NCBI GenBank assembly: GCA_965208675.1
Contig: OZ242351.1
Location: 3,360,001-3,424,000 of the forward strand
DNA from: Candidatus Poribacteria bacterium
GTDB lineage: Bacteria > Poribacteria > WGA-4E > PCPOR2b
Length of the DNA: 64,000 nt
Direction: 5' to 3'
The translations under genes were made by a program, and so were the position numbers. Positions 28,560-37,835 of the stretch are shown in pieces; the stretch's first letter is position 1; the number at the start of each line of letters is the position of its first letter. The notes under the pieces were generated by a model, which saw only the letters and a program-made list of their open reading frames with translations, was not told where the DNA came from and did not search any database.

Positions 28560-28894
28560 TTCGACTGCTCCTTGTATTCCCGCCAATAGGCTTTTGCCCG
28601 TTTTATGTCTCGAACTTGTGAAGATTTGTCGCCTCCGTAAAGTAGCAGCACAAGGGTATTTCCAATTTGTCCGAAATAGACGCGGTAGCCAGGACCAAAT
28701 CGGTAACAGAGTTCAAATACACCACCACCAACTGATTCGCAGTTACTAAAATTGCCAGATTCGATGCGGTCTATTCCGGCTTGAATTCGAGTTCGCGTTT
28801 TTAAATCGGGAATTGATTCAAACCATTGGGTATAGGGCTCTTGACCATTAGGTGTACGGTAGATTTCTAGTTCTCTTGGCTGTACAACGGGCAT
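28556..28894 (-). CDS. RelE/HigB-family addiction-module killer toxin (HI1419/Gp49-like)
   Basis: YRTPNG.EPY..WFESI.D...RI...IDRIE.GNF.NC.SVGGGVFEL...FGPGYRVYFG....LVLLL.GGDKS.Q.RDI..AK.YW. Confidence 0.9.
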   Translation of the reverse strand: MPVVQPRELEIYRTPNGQEPYTQWFESIPDLKTRTRIQAGIDRIESGNFSNCESVGGGVFELCYRFGPGYRVYFGQIGNTLVLLLYGGDKSSQVRDIKRAKAYWREYKEQSK

Positions 28895-29220
28895 TTACGA
28901 TATCAAAGCTACGTGTAAAGACTAAACAGAACATCGGCACGAGACACTCAATTTGGAGAATTTTCAATAGGGATATGAATTAGTCCGCCTGTAATTGCGA
29001 TTTGTACATTATACCACACGAAAATCGGGCGTGCAAATGGTCGAAAACGCGCTGATTAGCAGTTTCCACGAATTCTGCGCACTAATTCGTTCTGTTTCCT
29101 CTGTTGAATAGGGTGCTTGATTGGAAATCACGGTTTGGGTTCGATTTGGCTTCGTTTCGCAATAATTGGTGATTAGGCTAACGGTTTCCGATGCTTCTGC
29201 AACGCCGCAAATTTATTTGG

Positions 29221-29591
29221 CTTTTGTAGGTTGGGTAGAGCGGGTACACCAAAACATACCCATTATAACCAATCGATCTGTAGGTTAACCTTGTGCAAGA
29301 TCCGCTGGACGCAGCGAAACCCAACGATCAACCGACCGAATAGGGAGGGCGATAGTCTTCGTATTTCATAACCTCCGCCATTCCAAACACAATCCTCCAC
29401 CCCAATTACCAAACAACCCCCTTTTTTTATTCGGATCGGCCTGGTAGTGGCATCTGTCAACCGGTCACCCGAACGCTCCAAAAGCGTTGGGTTTCGCTAC
29501 ACCATAACCATTCGCCAAACAACTTCTATATAAGAATCGCGTACAAATTACTGCGTCTGTTCATCATACCCGCTCTACCCAACCTACAAAA
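29221..29591. repeat. REP-bounded non-coding element, copy B
   Basis: TTTTGTAGGTTGGGTAGAGCGGGTA ... TACCCGCTCTACCCAACCTACAAAA inverted ends; direct repeat of copy A. Confidence 0.9.
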
Positions 29592-29858
29592 ACTTTCATA
29601 TTTCGGTTGTGAAGGGGTTCGATTTCGGTTCTGAGAGGTGTGGGCAGTGACCCCAATTGAAAATCACGTTCGCGATTTGATAACCCGCTTCAGGCAGGAT
29701 TGCAAGGTAGGTTTTATGGACTCGCAAAACCGTCTTGACAACAGAAGTGAGTATGTACGATAATGCTCTTTTTCACACACAACCGAATTTGACCGTTGGG
29801 CGGTGATAGATATGCAGGGCAAACTAGGCTTTAATCACTATCTATGAATGGAGAAACG

Positions 29859-30308
29859 ATGAGGTATTATTTTATAAACACTGATGTGAAAACGTTGGGT
29901 TATAGTCCACATGCGACGTGGGTTAAACACAATTACGCCTTCACCGCCGGAGATTATGAAAAATACGGCGAACGACGGCTGGGAAATTTGGAAACGGGCG
30001 ATGTTCTGTTTATGTATGTAAACAATGTCGGTGTAGTTGCGGTGGGTGAAGTTACGGCGCCGTGGGCGGGCGGAAGCTACAGCGGTGCGGATCGGTTGGT
30101 ATATCGCCGATGCAAGGCTGAATTGAAAGAATACAGAATCCACGTTGACTGGTATCTTCCGACCGTCAACAATCCGATTAGTATTGAAGAATTGAAGCAA
30201 CAGGACGGCGGCTGGACGCCGTCGCAAACACTCCATCACATAACGAATGCAGCCTTTGCTGCGAATCTTCACGAAGAAATACGTCGAAGGTCATCAAGAG
30301 GGTGGTAA
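29859..30308 (+). CDS. Stand-alone EVE/PUA-like domain protein
   Basis: LETGDVLFMYVNNVGVVAVGEV...YRIHVDW pattern, like the N-terminal reader domains of restriction nucleases. Confidence 0.55.
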   Translation: MRYYFINTDVKTLGYSPHATWVKHNYAFTAGDYEKYGERRLGNLETGDVLFMYVNNVGVVAVGEVTAPWAGGSYSGADRLVYRRCKAELKEYRIHVDWYLPTVNNPISIEELKQQDGGWTPSQTLHHITNAAFAANLHEEIRRRSSRGW

Positions 30309-30494
30309 GGCGGACTTCACTCAGAACAAAGAATGAAGATGCGAAAAAATTGGCAATTGTAGGCATGAAACGATTTACGTGATGTTGTGTGGCACGTTTG
30401 CAAGTGAGTATGCTGTGGTCCCAAATCAGATGGTCATTAGGATGCGGTTGCATTTGGCACGTCATTCGCCTATGACGACAAGGAGCACATTGCC

Positions 30495-30899
30495 TTGGCA
30501 AGAATTGAAAAACTGACAAATTTTGCTAGAGAACACTTGGATCCTTGCGAGGAAATTCTTGCTGTGGTGAAGGGAACCTATGCGGGAAAAATGTGCGGAA
30601 GAGCTATCGCCAGGTCCGGTATATTGTTGGCTACAGATATGAACGTGGTCTTGTACGGCAAGAGGTGGACGGGTTTTGACTTGGAATTTTTCCCTTACGA
30701 CACCATATCGTCAATCGAAATCCGCAAGGGCTTTGGATCGATATATCGCGTGTCTTTTCGTGTATATTTTGACATAATATATGTGAGCAACATTCGTGCC
30801 GACAGTTGGTCTGACCATGGGGATGTAACGCATTTTGTTGAAATCGTAAAGCGCATGATTATGGGGGATAGCCCCGTAAAGAGCCCAATCGGATTCTGA
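30495..30899 (+). CDS. Bacterial PH-domain protein (bPH_3-like)
   Basis: EEIL.VVKG, GILLATD..VVLYGK...G....FPYD.ISSIE; AGGAG RBS. Confidence 0.7.
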   Translation: MARIEKLTNFAREHLDPCEEILAVVKGTYAGKMCGRAIARSGILLATDMNVVLYGKRWTGFDLEFFPYDTISSIEIRKGFGSIYRVSFRVYFDIIYVSNIRADSWSDHGDVTHFVEIVKRMIMGDSPVKSPIGF

Positions 30900-31060
30900 A
30901 CAGGATTAGTTTGAACGATGTAGAACACTCGCACAGCTGAAATCGGAAAGAAAAAATACTGGCGGAGAGTACGAATTATTTGAAAAGAAACTATTGACTA
31001 TGTAAGGCATGAAGGCATTAAAAGAAGCTTTTGTCTTTAAACCATAATGGAGGATTTCAG

Positions 31061-31669
31061 ATGTTTAGCGCACAACATTGGCAGATTAAGTTGGTTTATG
31101 TCGGGTTCGGCGGGTTTTTGATGCTTATCGGAATGCTCTTTTCGCCGGTTACGGCGCTTAGAGACAAAAAATTCGGGGATATTGAATGCACTAGCTTAAC
31201 CGTCGTTGATGCCGACGGGGCGGAAGGGTTGTTGCTCAATGTCTCTGAATATGGCGGGCGAATCTTCGTAGGCGGGAATGATGGGACGTCGGCGGTGTTT
31301 CTTTCCATCAACGAAGATGGTGGGAATGTCGTTGCCCAAGGGAAAGATGGAAAATCCGGCGTATTTCTTGATGGAATGGTTAAGAGCGGCGGTGGCGGGT
31401 CTGTTTCTGTACTGAACAGCGACGGGAAACCGGGAGTTGCTCTTGCCGGTATGGATAAGAGCGGCAGCGGCGGGTGGGTTACTGTGCAGGGCAAAGATGG
31501 GAGAGCAGTGGTGATGCTCAGCACAAATGACCATGGTGGGCTTGTCTCTTCCCATAGCAAAGATCGGCAATCGTCGGTAGCGCTTGGCATCAATGAGCAT
31601 GGAGCATATGGAAAGGCTAAGGGTCGTGACGCGGAGTTCGTGTGGGACAAGAACGGGTATCGACAGTGA
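31061..31669 (+). CDS. Membrane-anchored/secreted protein with Gly-rich beta-repeats
   Basis: TM segment, SPVTA..DKKFGDIECTSLTVVD, then about 22-25-aa GG.V.V..KDG...V.L repeats; GGAGG RBS. Confidence 0.65.
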   Translation: MFSAQHWQIKLVYVGFGGFLMLIGMLFSPVTALRDKKFGDIECTSLTVVDADGAEGLLLNVSEYGGRIFVGGNDGTSAVFLSINEDGGNVVAQGKDGKSGVFLDGMVKSGGGGSVSVLNSDGKPGVALAGMDKSGSGGWVTVQGKDGRAVVMLSTNDHGGLVSSHSKDRQSSVALGINEHGAYGKAKGRDAEFVWDKNGYRQ

Positions 31670-31744
31670 AGAGCAGTGGAGAGTTGCTAGTTGCCAGTGG
31701 TCAGAGAAAACTGTCCACAATTTCTAATTCAAGGAGGAATTGAA

Positions 31745-32161
31745 ATGAATACCAAACACCATTTGGTTATAAGCGGCATTATTGGCGGGGTCATCGGCAG
31801 TTTGTTCACCGCGATGTTGGTTTCACCGGTTACGGCGGATAGGGATAAGTTCGGTGAAATTGAGTGCACTAGTTTAAAGGTTGTTGATGCGGAAGGGAGC
31901 ACATTGGCGCTAGTTTCGGGCGGCGAGCGCGGCGGCGTGGTGCAGGTCTTTGATAAGGAGAGTCAGGCGGTCGTGAATCTAAATGTCGAAGCCGTCGGGA
32001 CTGTTGAATGTAGGCGGCTTCAGGTAGTTGATGGGAACGGTAAAAGGCGGGTGAGCGTTTCGAATGGTTTTTTGGGGGGGCGTGTAAATGTTTATGACAA
32101 TGATGAGATATCGAGGGCGGAACTTTCGGCGTTTCCAATCGTCAATGCGCCGGCGCCGTAG
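31745..32161 (+). CDS. Paralog of 31061..31669
   Basis: SPVTADRDKFGEIECTSLKVVD; second ECRRLQVVD unit; AGGAGG RBS. Confidence 0.65.
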   Translation: MNTKHHLVISGIIGGVIGSLFTAMLVSPVTADRDKFGEIECTSLKVVDAEGSTLALVSGGERGGVVQVFDKESQAVVNLNVEAVGTVECRRLQVVDGNGKRRVSVSNGFLGGRVNVYDNDEISRAELSAFPIVNAPAP

Positions 32162-32244
32162 GCATTGCGGAGCAATACGGCTTTCATTATAATTGGGCGA
32201 GGGATTTGAGGGCAATTAAGGGTGAAGTTTGAATAGGGGTTAAG

Positions 32245-32751
32245 ATGAAACGCAAGGGTTGTATCTGGCTAGTGCTGCTGGCGATTGCCGGTGTAGGGTA
32301 CTGGTGGTTTTTCAGCCGCGACAAAGGAGAACCACAATCTTATGAAGTGGTTCGCATTGTTGACGGCGACACAATTCGCGTAAGATACAATGGGACGGTG
32401 GAACCCGTTCGGCTACTCGGCGTGGATTCGCCGGAGACCGTGCACCCTGACAAGCCAGTGGAGTTTTACGGTGTGGAGGCGACCAATTTTACGAAGAATC
32501 TACTAAAGGGCGAACGGGTATTTCTTCGGTACTGGAAGGAAAGACGGGATTCTTATGGGCGACTGCTAGCGTATGTGTATCGCGCGCCCGATGAGTTGTT
32601 CGTGAATCTTGAGATTGTCCGCCAGGGATACGGGTTCGCGATTGGGCCAATAGACCATCGACACATCGACCGCTTCATCAAAGCAGAGCGTCGAGCACGT
32701 GAGGCGAGGAAAGGGATTTGGGTAAGAAGCAGACGAAAGCCAATAAAATGA
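32245..32751 (+). CDS. Thermonuclease (SNase) family protein, membrane-anchored
   Basis: VVRIVDGDTI, VRLLGVDSPE, DSYGRLLAYVY, VNLEIVRQGY, AREARKGIW. Confidence 0.92.
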   Translation: MKRKGCIWLVLLAIAGVGYWWFFSRDKGEPQSYEVVRIVDGDTIRVRYNGTVEPVRLLGVDSPETVHPDKPVEFYGVEATNFTKNLLKGERVFLRYWKERRDSYGRLLAYVYRAPDELFVNLEIVRQGYGFAIGPIDHRHIDRFIKAERRAREARKGIWVRSRRKPIK

Positions 32752-32865
32752 AAGAGATTTGCAATGATAACGGCGTGATGTCCGCTCAATAGCGGGGTTT
32801 AAACTTGAGAGGACGCATTCAGCAGGGTCTGGACGCAGTGAACAAAGAAGGGACGAAATCAGACT

Positions 32866-33705
32866 ATGAACATGTTACAATTTCTACAAGCCATGAATCC
32901 TAGTTTCGATCCGGAGGAAGCCAAACTGCATCTTGCAACGCACAGTGAGACTTTGAATAGGCAAGCGATTGACATTTATACTGCAGGGGAATTTGACGAA
33001 TGGCAACGTTGGAATAATCCGGGGAGTTTTAATCGCGACTATGTCATCTCCTTGATTAGTCTTCCACCTCGCGACAGCGGTAGATGGCTATTTGCGGGTA
33101 TACATCGGTGTCTCGGGGGTGAGGAGACATACAGACCCGAGACCGACCGTGATGAATACAAGCACAACTTGACTGAGGAACAGCATTATGCGGAAATGAA
33201 CGGGCGTCTAGTCGTGGAGTTTGAAAGGATTTTCCGTCAGCCGTACGCCATTGCAGCGAACTGGATTCGAGACATTATGGTACGCGAAATCTATCCAAAA
33301 CGGTTATCTATTGGCGAGTTCCCTGGATTTAAGGCTGTAAATATCTTACGGGCACACCTGGAGTTAATTTTCGACGAATCTCTTGAATCGTGGCGTGTTG
33401 CCCTGTCCAATGTGGCGGGGGTGTATCTGATTATGGACGCGGCGACGGGAAAACCCTATGTCGGATGCGCGTACGGCGACGAAGGTATATGGGGACGCTG
33501 GTCGGAGTATGCCGATAGTGGACACGGAGGCAACATCGAGCTTCAGAAACTTTTGAAAGAGAATGGGAGTGATTACGTCAAGAATTTTCGCTACTCAATT
33601 CTTGAAGTCTCCGATCCTAATTCGAGTGACGATGAAATCAGGGAACGCGAGAATCACTGGAAAGAAGTCCTGATGACGCGCACCTATGGATTGAATGCAA
33701 ACTAG
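32866..33705 (+). CDS. GIY-YIG nuclease family protein
   Basis: GVYLI.D..TGKPYVGCAYG..GIWGRW..Y...GHGGN..L, ILE, RE.HWK..L......GLNAN. Confidence 0.85.
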   Translation: MNMLQFLQAMNPSFDPEEAKLHLATHSETLNRQAIDIYTAGEFDEWQRWNNPGSFNRDYVISLISLPPRDSGRWLFAGIHRCLGGEETYRPETDRDEYKHNLTEEQHYAEMNGRLVVEFERIFRQPYAIAANWIRDIMVREIYPKRLSIGEFPGFKAVNILRAHLELIFDESLESWRVALSNVAGVYLIMDAATGKPYVGCAYGDEGIWGRWSEYADSGHGGNIELQKLLKENGSDYVKNFRYSILEVSDPNSSDDEIRERENHWKEVLMTRTYGLNAN

Positions 33706-33773
33706 GTTTGTTGGAATGGCGAAGGGCGGGCAGGCTATATGGTGATTAAGATGGGCTGAAGATTGAGCAAAAT

Positions 33774-34049
33774 TTGAGACACCGGCGTTATTCGCCGTAT
33801 TTGAAGCGAAAGGTAGCGCTCCGCATTTCCATGACGGACCGTGGGAAACCGTGGCAGAATCCATACGTTGAGAGTACGATTGGCAGAATCAAAGACGAGT
33901 ATATGGTTGACTCCGAGTATCAGGATTTCCGGGATGCATACAACCAACTTAGTCCAGTATTAGATGTCGTGTATAATCAGAAAAGGCCTCATTCAGCGCT
34001 AGGCTATCGGACACCTGCTGAATTCGAGGCAGCGTATAATGCGCACTAG
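33774..34049 (+). pseudogene. IS3-family transposase C-terminal remnant (integrase core)
   Basis: ISMTDRGKPWQNPYVES..GRIKDE ... YNQKRPHSALGYRTPAEFE; N-terminal part absent. Confidence 0.85.
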
Positions 34050-34485
34050 AACACAAATCGGTATTTCATCTTGAATTAACAACGCAGCACTAACACAGTT
34101 ACAGGTAAGTCCAAAACTTCAAAATACCTTCTTAACATCCACAATTTCGTGTCCAAACAATTGGGGTCACTGCCTTATACCTCTGAATTTGCAATGTGAC
34201 ATTCTGTGTTTTATACTTTCAGATGGTTTAATCTCTGGTTTTGTGCCGGCCTCTATATTTGCCAGTTTCAGGAATTAGTTGCGGAATTTTTCATTAGACA
34301 GGCAATCCGCATTCGATTCATGGCAAGTTTAATAGCCAAAAAGGCCGCACAGGATTTAACCAAGACAAAAAACGCGGGCAGTAACTACCACCGGCGTACC
34401 CTCCTCATCGAATTAGTCACATTATCAAACATGCTATGAAATTTCGCATCTATTCAACGAAGCCGCCCGCTAATTTGTTCCGCAG

Positions 34486-34705
34486 GCAGTTCTTGTAGGT
34501 TGGGTTGAGCGTTCAACCGAGTGAATAACGAGGGCGATAGTTTCCCGATGAAACATACAACTTAGGGCGCATGGGTGTTGGGAGTGGACTCTGTTTGAAA
34601 GTTGTTAGTCTGACCGTGTCGAGCGTCGGGTAACTGCCGAGTGGTTCAAGGATATTCAAAAGCGTTGGGTTTGACCGTCGGTTCAACTCAACCTACAAGA
34701 ACTGC
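34486..34705. repeat. REP-bounded element, copy C (shorter relative of A and B)
   Basis: GCAGTTCTTGTAGGTTGGGTTGAGC ... GTTCAACTCAACCTACAAGAACTGC; internal GAGGGCGATAGT and CAAAAGCGTTGGGTTT shared with A/B. Confidence 0.8.
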
Positions 34706-34752
34706 TGTCTCAATTCATTCCCGAATTCTAAACATTTAGATGTGGATTTTTA

Positions 34753-34781
34753 TTGACGCATTCTGAATTTTGAAGTATAAT
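34753..34781 (+). promoter_or_regulatory. Near-consensus sigma70 promoter
   Basis: TTGACG-N17-TATAAT. Confidence 0.75.
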
Positions 34782-34787
34782 TTAACT

Positions 34788-34873
34788 TACAAGGCTACAG
34801 CGACCTACTGAGCTGATTTCAATTCAATTGTGCTGTAGTTTACTGCCGTGGGCATTCCGCTCCCGGCTTTTTT
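34788..34873 (+). ncRNA. Candidate small non-coding RNA of about 85 nt
   Basis: Follows the promoter; hairpin CTACAGC...GCTGTAG, then GCCG..CGGC-TTTTTT terminator; no ORF. Confidence 0.5.
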
Positions 34874-35010
34874 CATGATTATCCCCGTTGATAAACAATT
34901 AACCGATTTAACCGCAATCTAGCAATTGAGAATTTAGATAACGAGTCCAGATAAATGGTCACCGGTGCGAATGGTCAGATTTCGTCCCCCACGTTCACGC
35001 TGAAATGGGG

Positions 35011-35403
35011 TCAAAAACTAAGCGTAAAATAGCTGTTTATTCCATTGTAAATTAGGAGTCCGTTGTGTAGTATATCTCTCGCAATCAAACATTCAACCGT
35101 GGTATCTAGTCCGTCAACAATACGATATTGACCCAAATTCATTATTATACCGTCTTGAGACTCAAATGCGATATTTGCAAAATAGCTATTGCATTGCATA
35201 GAGGAATATATTGATCGAATTTCTTCAAAGTCGTGAAATGGCAAATCTAGCCTTTTAGCAATGTGTGTCTCGATTTGGGTGGTGGTCGCCCCCGTGTCTA
35301 TTACTGCTTCCACAGTCAACTGTCGGGCCGTGTTAGGATTCTCGATAATGACCGGTACGATTAATTCATCGTCGCCGGACACATCGAATGTGCAAGTTGG
35401 CAT
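35011..35403 (-). CDS. Retropepsin-like (clan AA) aspartyl protease
   Basis: AVIDTGATTT catalytic motif; LIARDIL (GRD-like) motif. Confidence 0.8.
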   Translation of the reverse strand: MPTCTFDVSGDDELIVPVIIENPNTARQLTVEAVIDTGATTTQIETHIAKRLDLPFHDFEEIRSIYSSMQCNSYFANIAFESQDGIIMNLGQYRIVDGLDTTVECLIARDILHNGLLIYNGINSYFTLSF

Positions 35404-36250
35404 GGCGGATTAATCCTTTCTATTTTAATTCTCCCACAATGGTTACGTCAGGATCATCTTCAATCCGTGAATATTCCCCATATTCAAGCTATTAAAAATG
35501 ACAGTTTTCGTAGGTTGAGTTAAACGATAACGAAGCGGATATGGAAGCCTACGCCACGTGCGTCATCAAGGATTTGAGCGGGTATTTTGGGATAGAGGGT
35601 AAACCTACAATCATAAACCTTTATTCCAAAAAATTCACACCCAAACCCTTGAATCCCAACCGATGGGATTGTGCAAGGCACGTCTGAAATCTAACTTGAC
35701 CAACCCGTCAGAGGGTTCAAAAATGAGCATTCTCAACTTATTTTTTCAAATACTCACAAATACTCAACGCCGCGAACCCGCGCCCTGACTAGCTTTCAGC
35801 CCATTTTCGATTATTTTTCGATGTTTCAAATGCTCACAAAATAAGTAAATCGAATTTCGTAGATTTCCCCTCTTTCAAAGGCAATTTCAGGACGACGGTT
35901 TTTTGGAGTAATTGAATAACCGTGGGCTGCACCAAACAACGCTTTTAAATCTGACCTCGGCCCCGCTACCCTTCTGTCTCGACACCCCCAAGCAGTGCCG
36001 CATCCAGTGAGGTTTTCGTCTTCGCCGACGCTATTGCTTTTCTCCATTCCAAAAAGCAATAAAGTTTCATAGTTAACTTCCCACCCCTCTATGACGCGAA
36101 CTACGATAAATACAGTGCTAGACTGCATTCCCGCCCTTTTTCTCCTAAATAAAATCCTCACGGTGCATCGAAAAACTATGAAAACTATGAAATTTTCACA
36201 CAATCACTAATTTGGATATTATTGTAAAACATATAATTATTTATACACGG

Positions 36251-36323
36251 CGGTAGGTTCGGTTTCCCAACCGAACCGGTATTTATCCAGCCCCGCAGGT
36301 GCGGTTGGAAACCGCACCTACCG
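36251..36323. repeat. GTAG-family REP doublet (REPIN-like)
   Basis: CGGTAGGTTCGGTTTCCCAACCGAACC ... GGTGCGGTTGGAAACCGCACCTACCG in inverted orientation. Confidence 0.75.
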
Positions 36324-36486
36324 AAATATGTGTAAATATGAAGGGAATTGGATATTACATATCGGCTCGTGTTTGTGCAACTTTAATCTTAGATGACCTG
36401 TTAGAAAATTGAACAACACCCTGTTTCGGCTGAAATCTGTCCCTGCCCGCGCCCCTAAAACAGCCGAATGTGTCCCGATTTTAATC

Positions 36487-37794
36487 TTAAGGTTCACCAC
36501 TATCTTCGCTAAGCTCGGAGATGTTCGGTGAGAGGTCCAACTGTGCGGCGGATTCCTCCGTAGGAAGGGCTTCGACAGATTGAAGTTGCCGCTCCATCGC
36601 GCGTGTGCGGGTCTTGGTCTGACCGACTGTATTGGAGGCTGTGTTCAACTGGCGCTCCAACTTATCCATGACCTCGCCGAATTTGCCGAACTCCGTCTTC
36701 ACGGCTGCGAGGATCTCCCAAACCTCGCTAGACCTCTTTTCAATGGCGAGGGTTTGGAAACCCATGCGCAGGCTATTCAGAAGCGCAGCTAGCGTGGTTG
36801 GGCCCGCGACGACAATCCGGTATTGTTGCAGGAGTTCCGTCACTTGACCCGGGGAACGGAGGACCTCGGCATAAAGCCCTTCGGTCGGCATAAACATAAT
36901 GGCGAAATTCGTGGTCTTAGGCGGGGCGATGTATTTGTCGTGAATCTTCTTGGCTTCAGCTTGCACCGATCGTCTGAAGGCGCGGGACGCTTCTTGCACG
37001 GCAGTTGGGTCAGCGCCGTTGTCTGCAGCTTCAACCAATTTTTCGTAATCCGCAAGCGGGAACTTGGAATCAATCGGCAGCCACACACAGGAGTCCGGCT
37101 CATCATCTCGTCCCGGAAGGCGGATGGCGTACTCCACTTCGTCCTGCGAATTCGCTATCGTCCGTACGTTTGTGTCGTACTGATCCGGCGTGAGCACCTC
37201 TTCAAGCAGTGCGCCAAGCTGAACCTCGCCCCAGGTGCCGCGCGCTTTGACGTTTGTCAGTACGCGCTTGAGATCGCCGACCCCCGTTGCGAGGTTCTGC
37301 ATCTCTCCGAGGCCGAGTTGCACAGCTTCAAGACGTTTGCTGACGAGATTGAATGATTCGCCAAGCCGTTTTTCCAGCGTTGATTGGAGCTGTTCATCAA
37401 CCGTCTTGCGCATCTGTTCAAGCTTGTTTTCATTGCTCGTCTGCATGGCTTGAAGCCGTTCGTCGACCGTTGACCTGACCTCCTTAAGGCGCTTTTCGTT
37501 GGATTGCGTCAGTGTGTCTATTGCATCGGTTCCGCTCTTGATGTGGCGCGCCTGTGTTTTACCGAGTTCCCCGACGGTCTTAACGAGTGTGTTGGCAGTG
37601 GTTTCCTGACTCGCTCTGATCTCGTTCCTAATTTCGCGGTCGGACCTTGCTACTTCCTCACGAAGGGAGCGCAACCCGTCTTGCACGGCTCTTCCTGCCC
37701 CGCTCTTTCCAATCAACCGCGCTAACACGAACCCGAGGAGCGCAAGATTGACGGCTGACAGAACTACAATGACCCAGATAAGTGTTTCAATCAT
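36487..37794 (-). CDS. rmuC: DNA recombination protein RmuC
   Basis: N-terminal TM plus coiled coil; NVKARGTWGEVQL, LPIDSKFP, KYI.PP.TTNFAIMF.PTEGLYAE, GPTTL.ALLNSL.MGF. Confidence 0.93.
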   Translation of the reverse strand: MIETLIWVIVVLSAVNLALLGFVLARLIGKSGAGRAVQDGLRSLREEVARSDREIRNEIRASQETTANTLVKTVGELGKTQARHIKSGTDAIDTLTQSNEKRLKEVRSTVDERLQAMQTSNENKLEQMRKTVDEQLQSTLEKRLGESFNLVSKRLEAVQLGLGEMQNLATGVGDLKRVLTNVKARGTWGEVQLGALLEEVLTPDQYDTNVRTIANSQDEVEYAIRLPGRDDEPDSCVWLPIDSKFPLADYEKLVEAADNGADPTAVQEASRAFRRSVQAEAKKIHDKYIAPPKTTNFAIMFMPTEGLYAEVLRSPGQVTELLQQYRIVVAGPTTLAALLNSLRMGFQTLAIEKRSSEVWEILAAVKTEFGKFGEVMDKLERQLNTASNTVGQTKTRTRAMERQLQSVEALPTEESAAQLDLSPNISELSEDSGEP

Positions 37795-37835
37795 CTCCTT
37801 TTACCCCCAGTTGTTTAACTTGGAACTTACGCAGT

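Larger units (their letters stand above)
29643..34174. mobile_element. Putative IS3-derived cargo-carrying element bounded by 17-bp perfect inverted repeats
   Basis: GGCAGTGACCCCAATTG (29643-29659) and CAATTGGGGTCACTGCC (34158-34174); IS3 transposase remnant just inside the right end. Confidence 0.6.

Noticed and set aside
24901-36323. CRISPR array
   Set aside because: The repeats are dispersed inverted REP-type pairs, not regularly spaced direct repeats with unique spacers; there are no cas genes.
35826-36500. ORFs 35826..36203 and 36318..36500 (also 34206..34439, 38610..38939, 11293..11547)
   Set aside because: No RBS or recognisable motifs and atypical composition; probably spurious.
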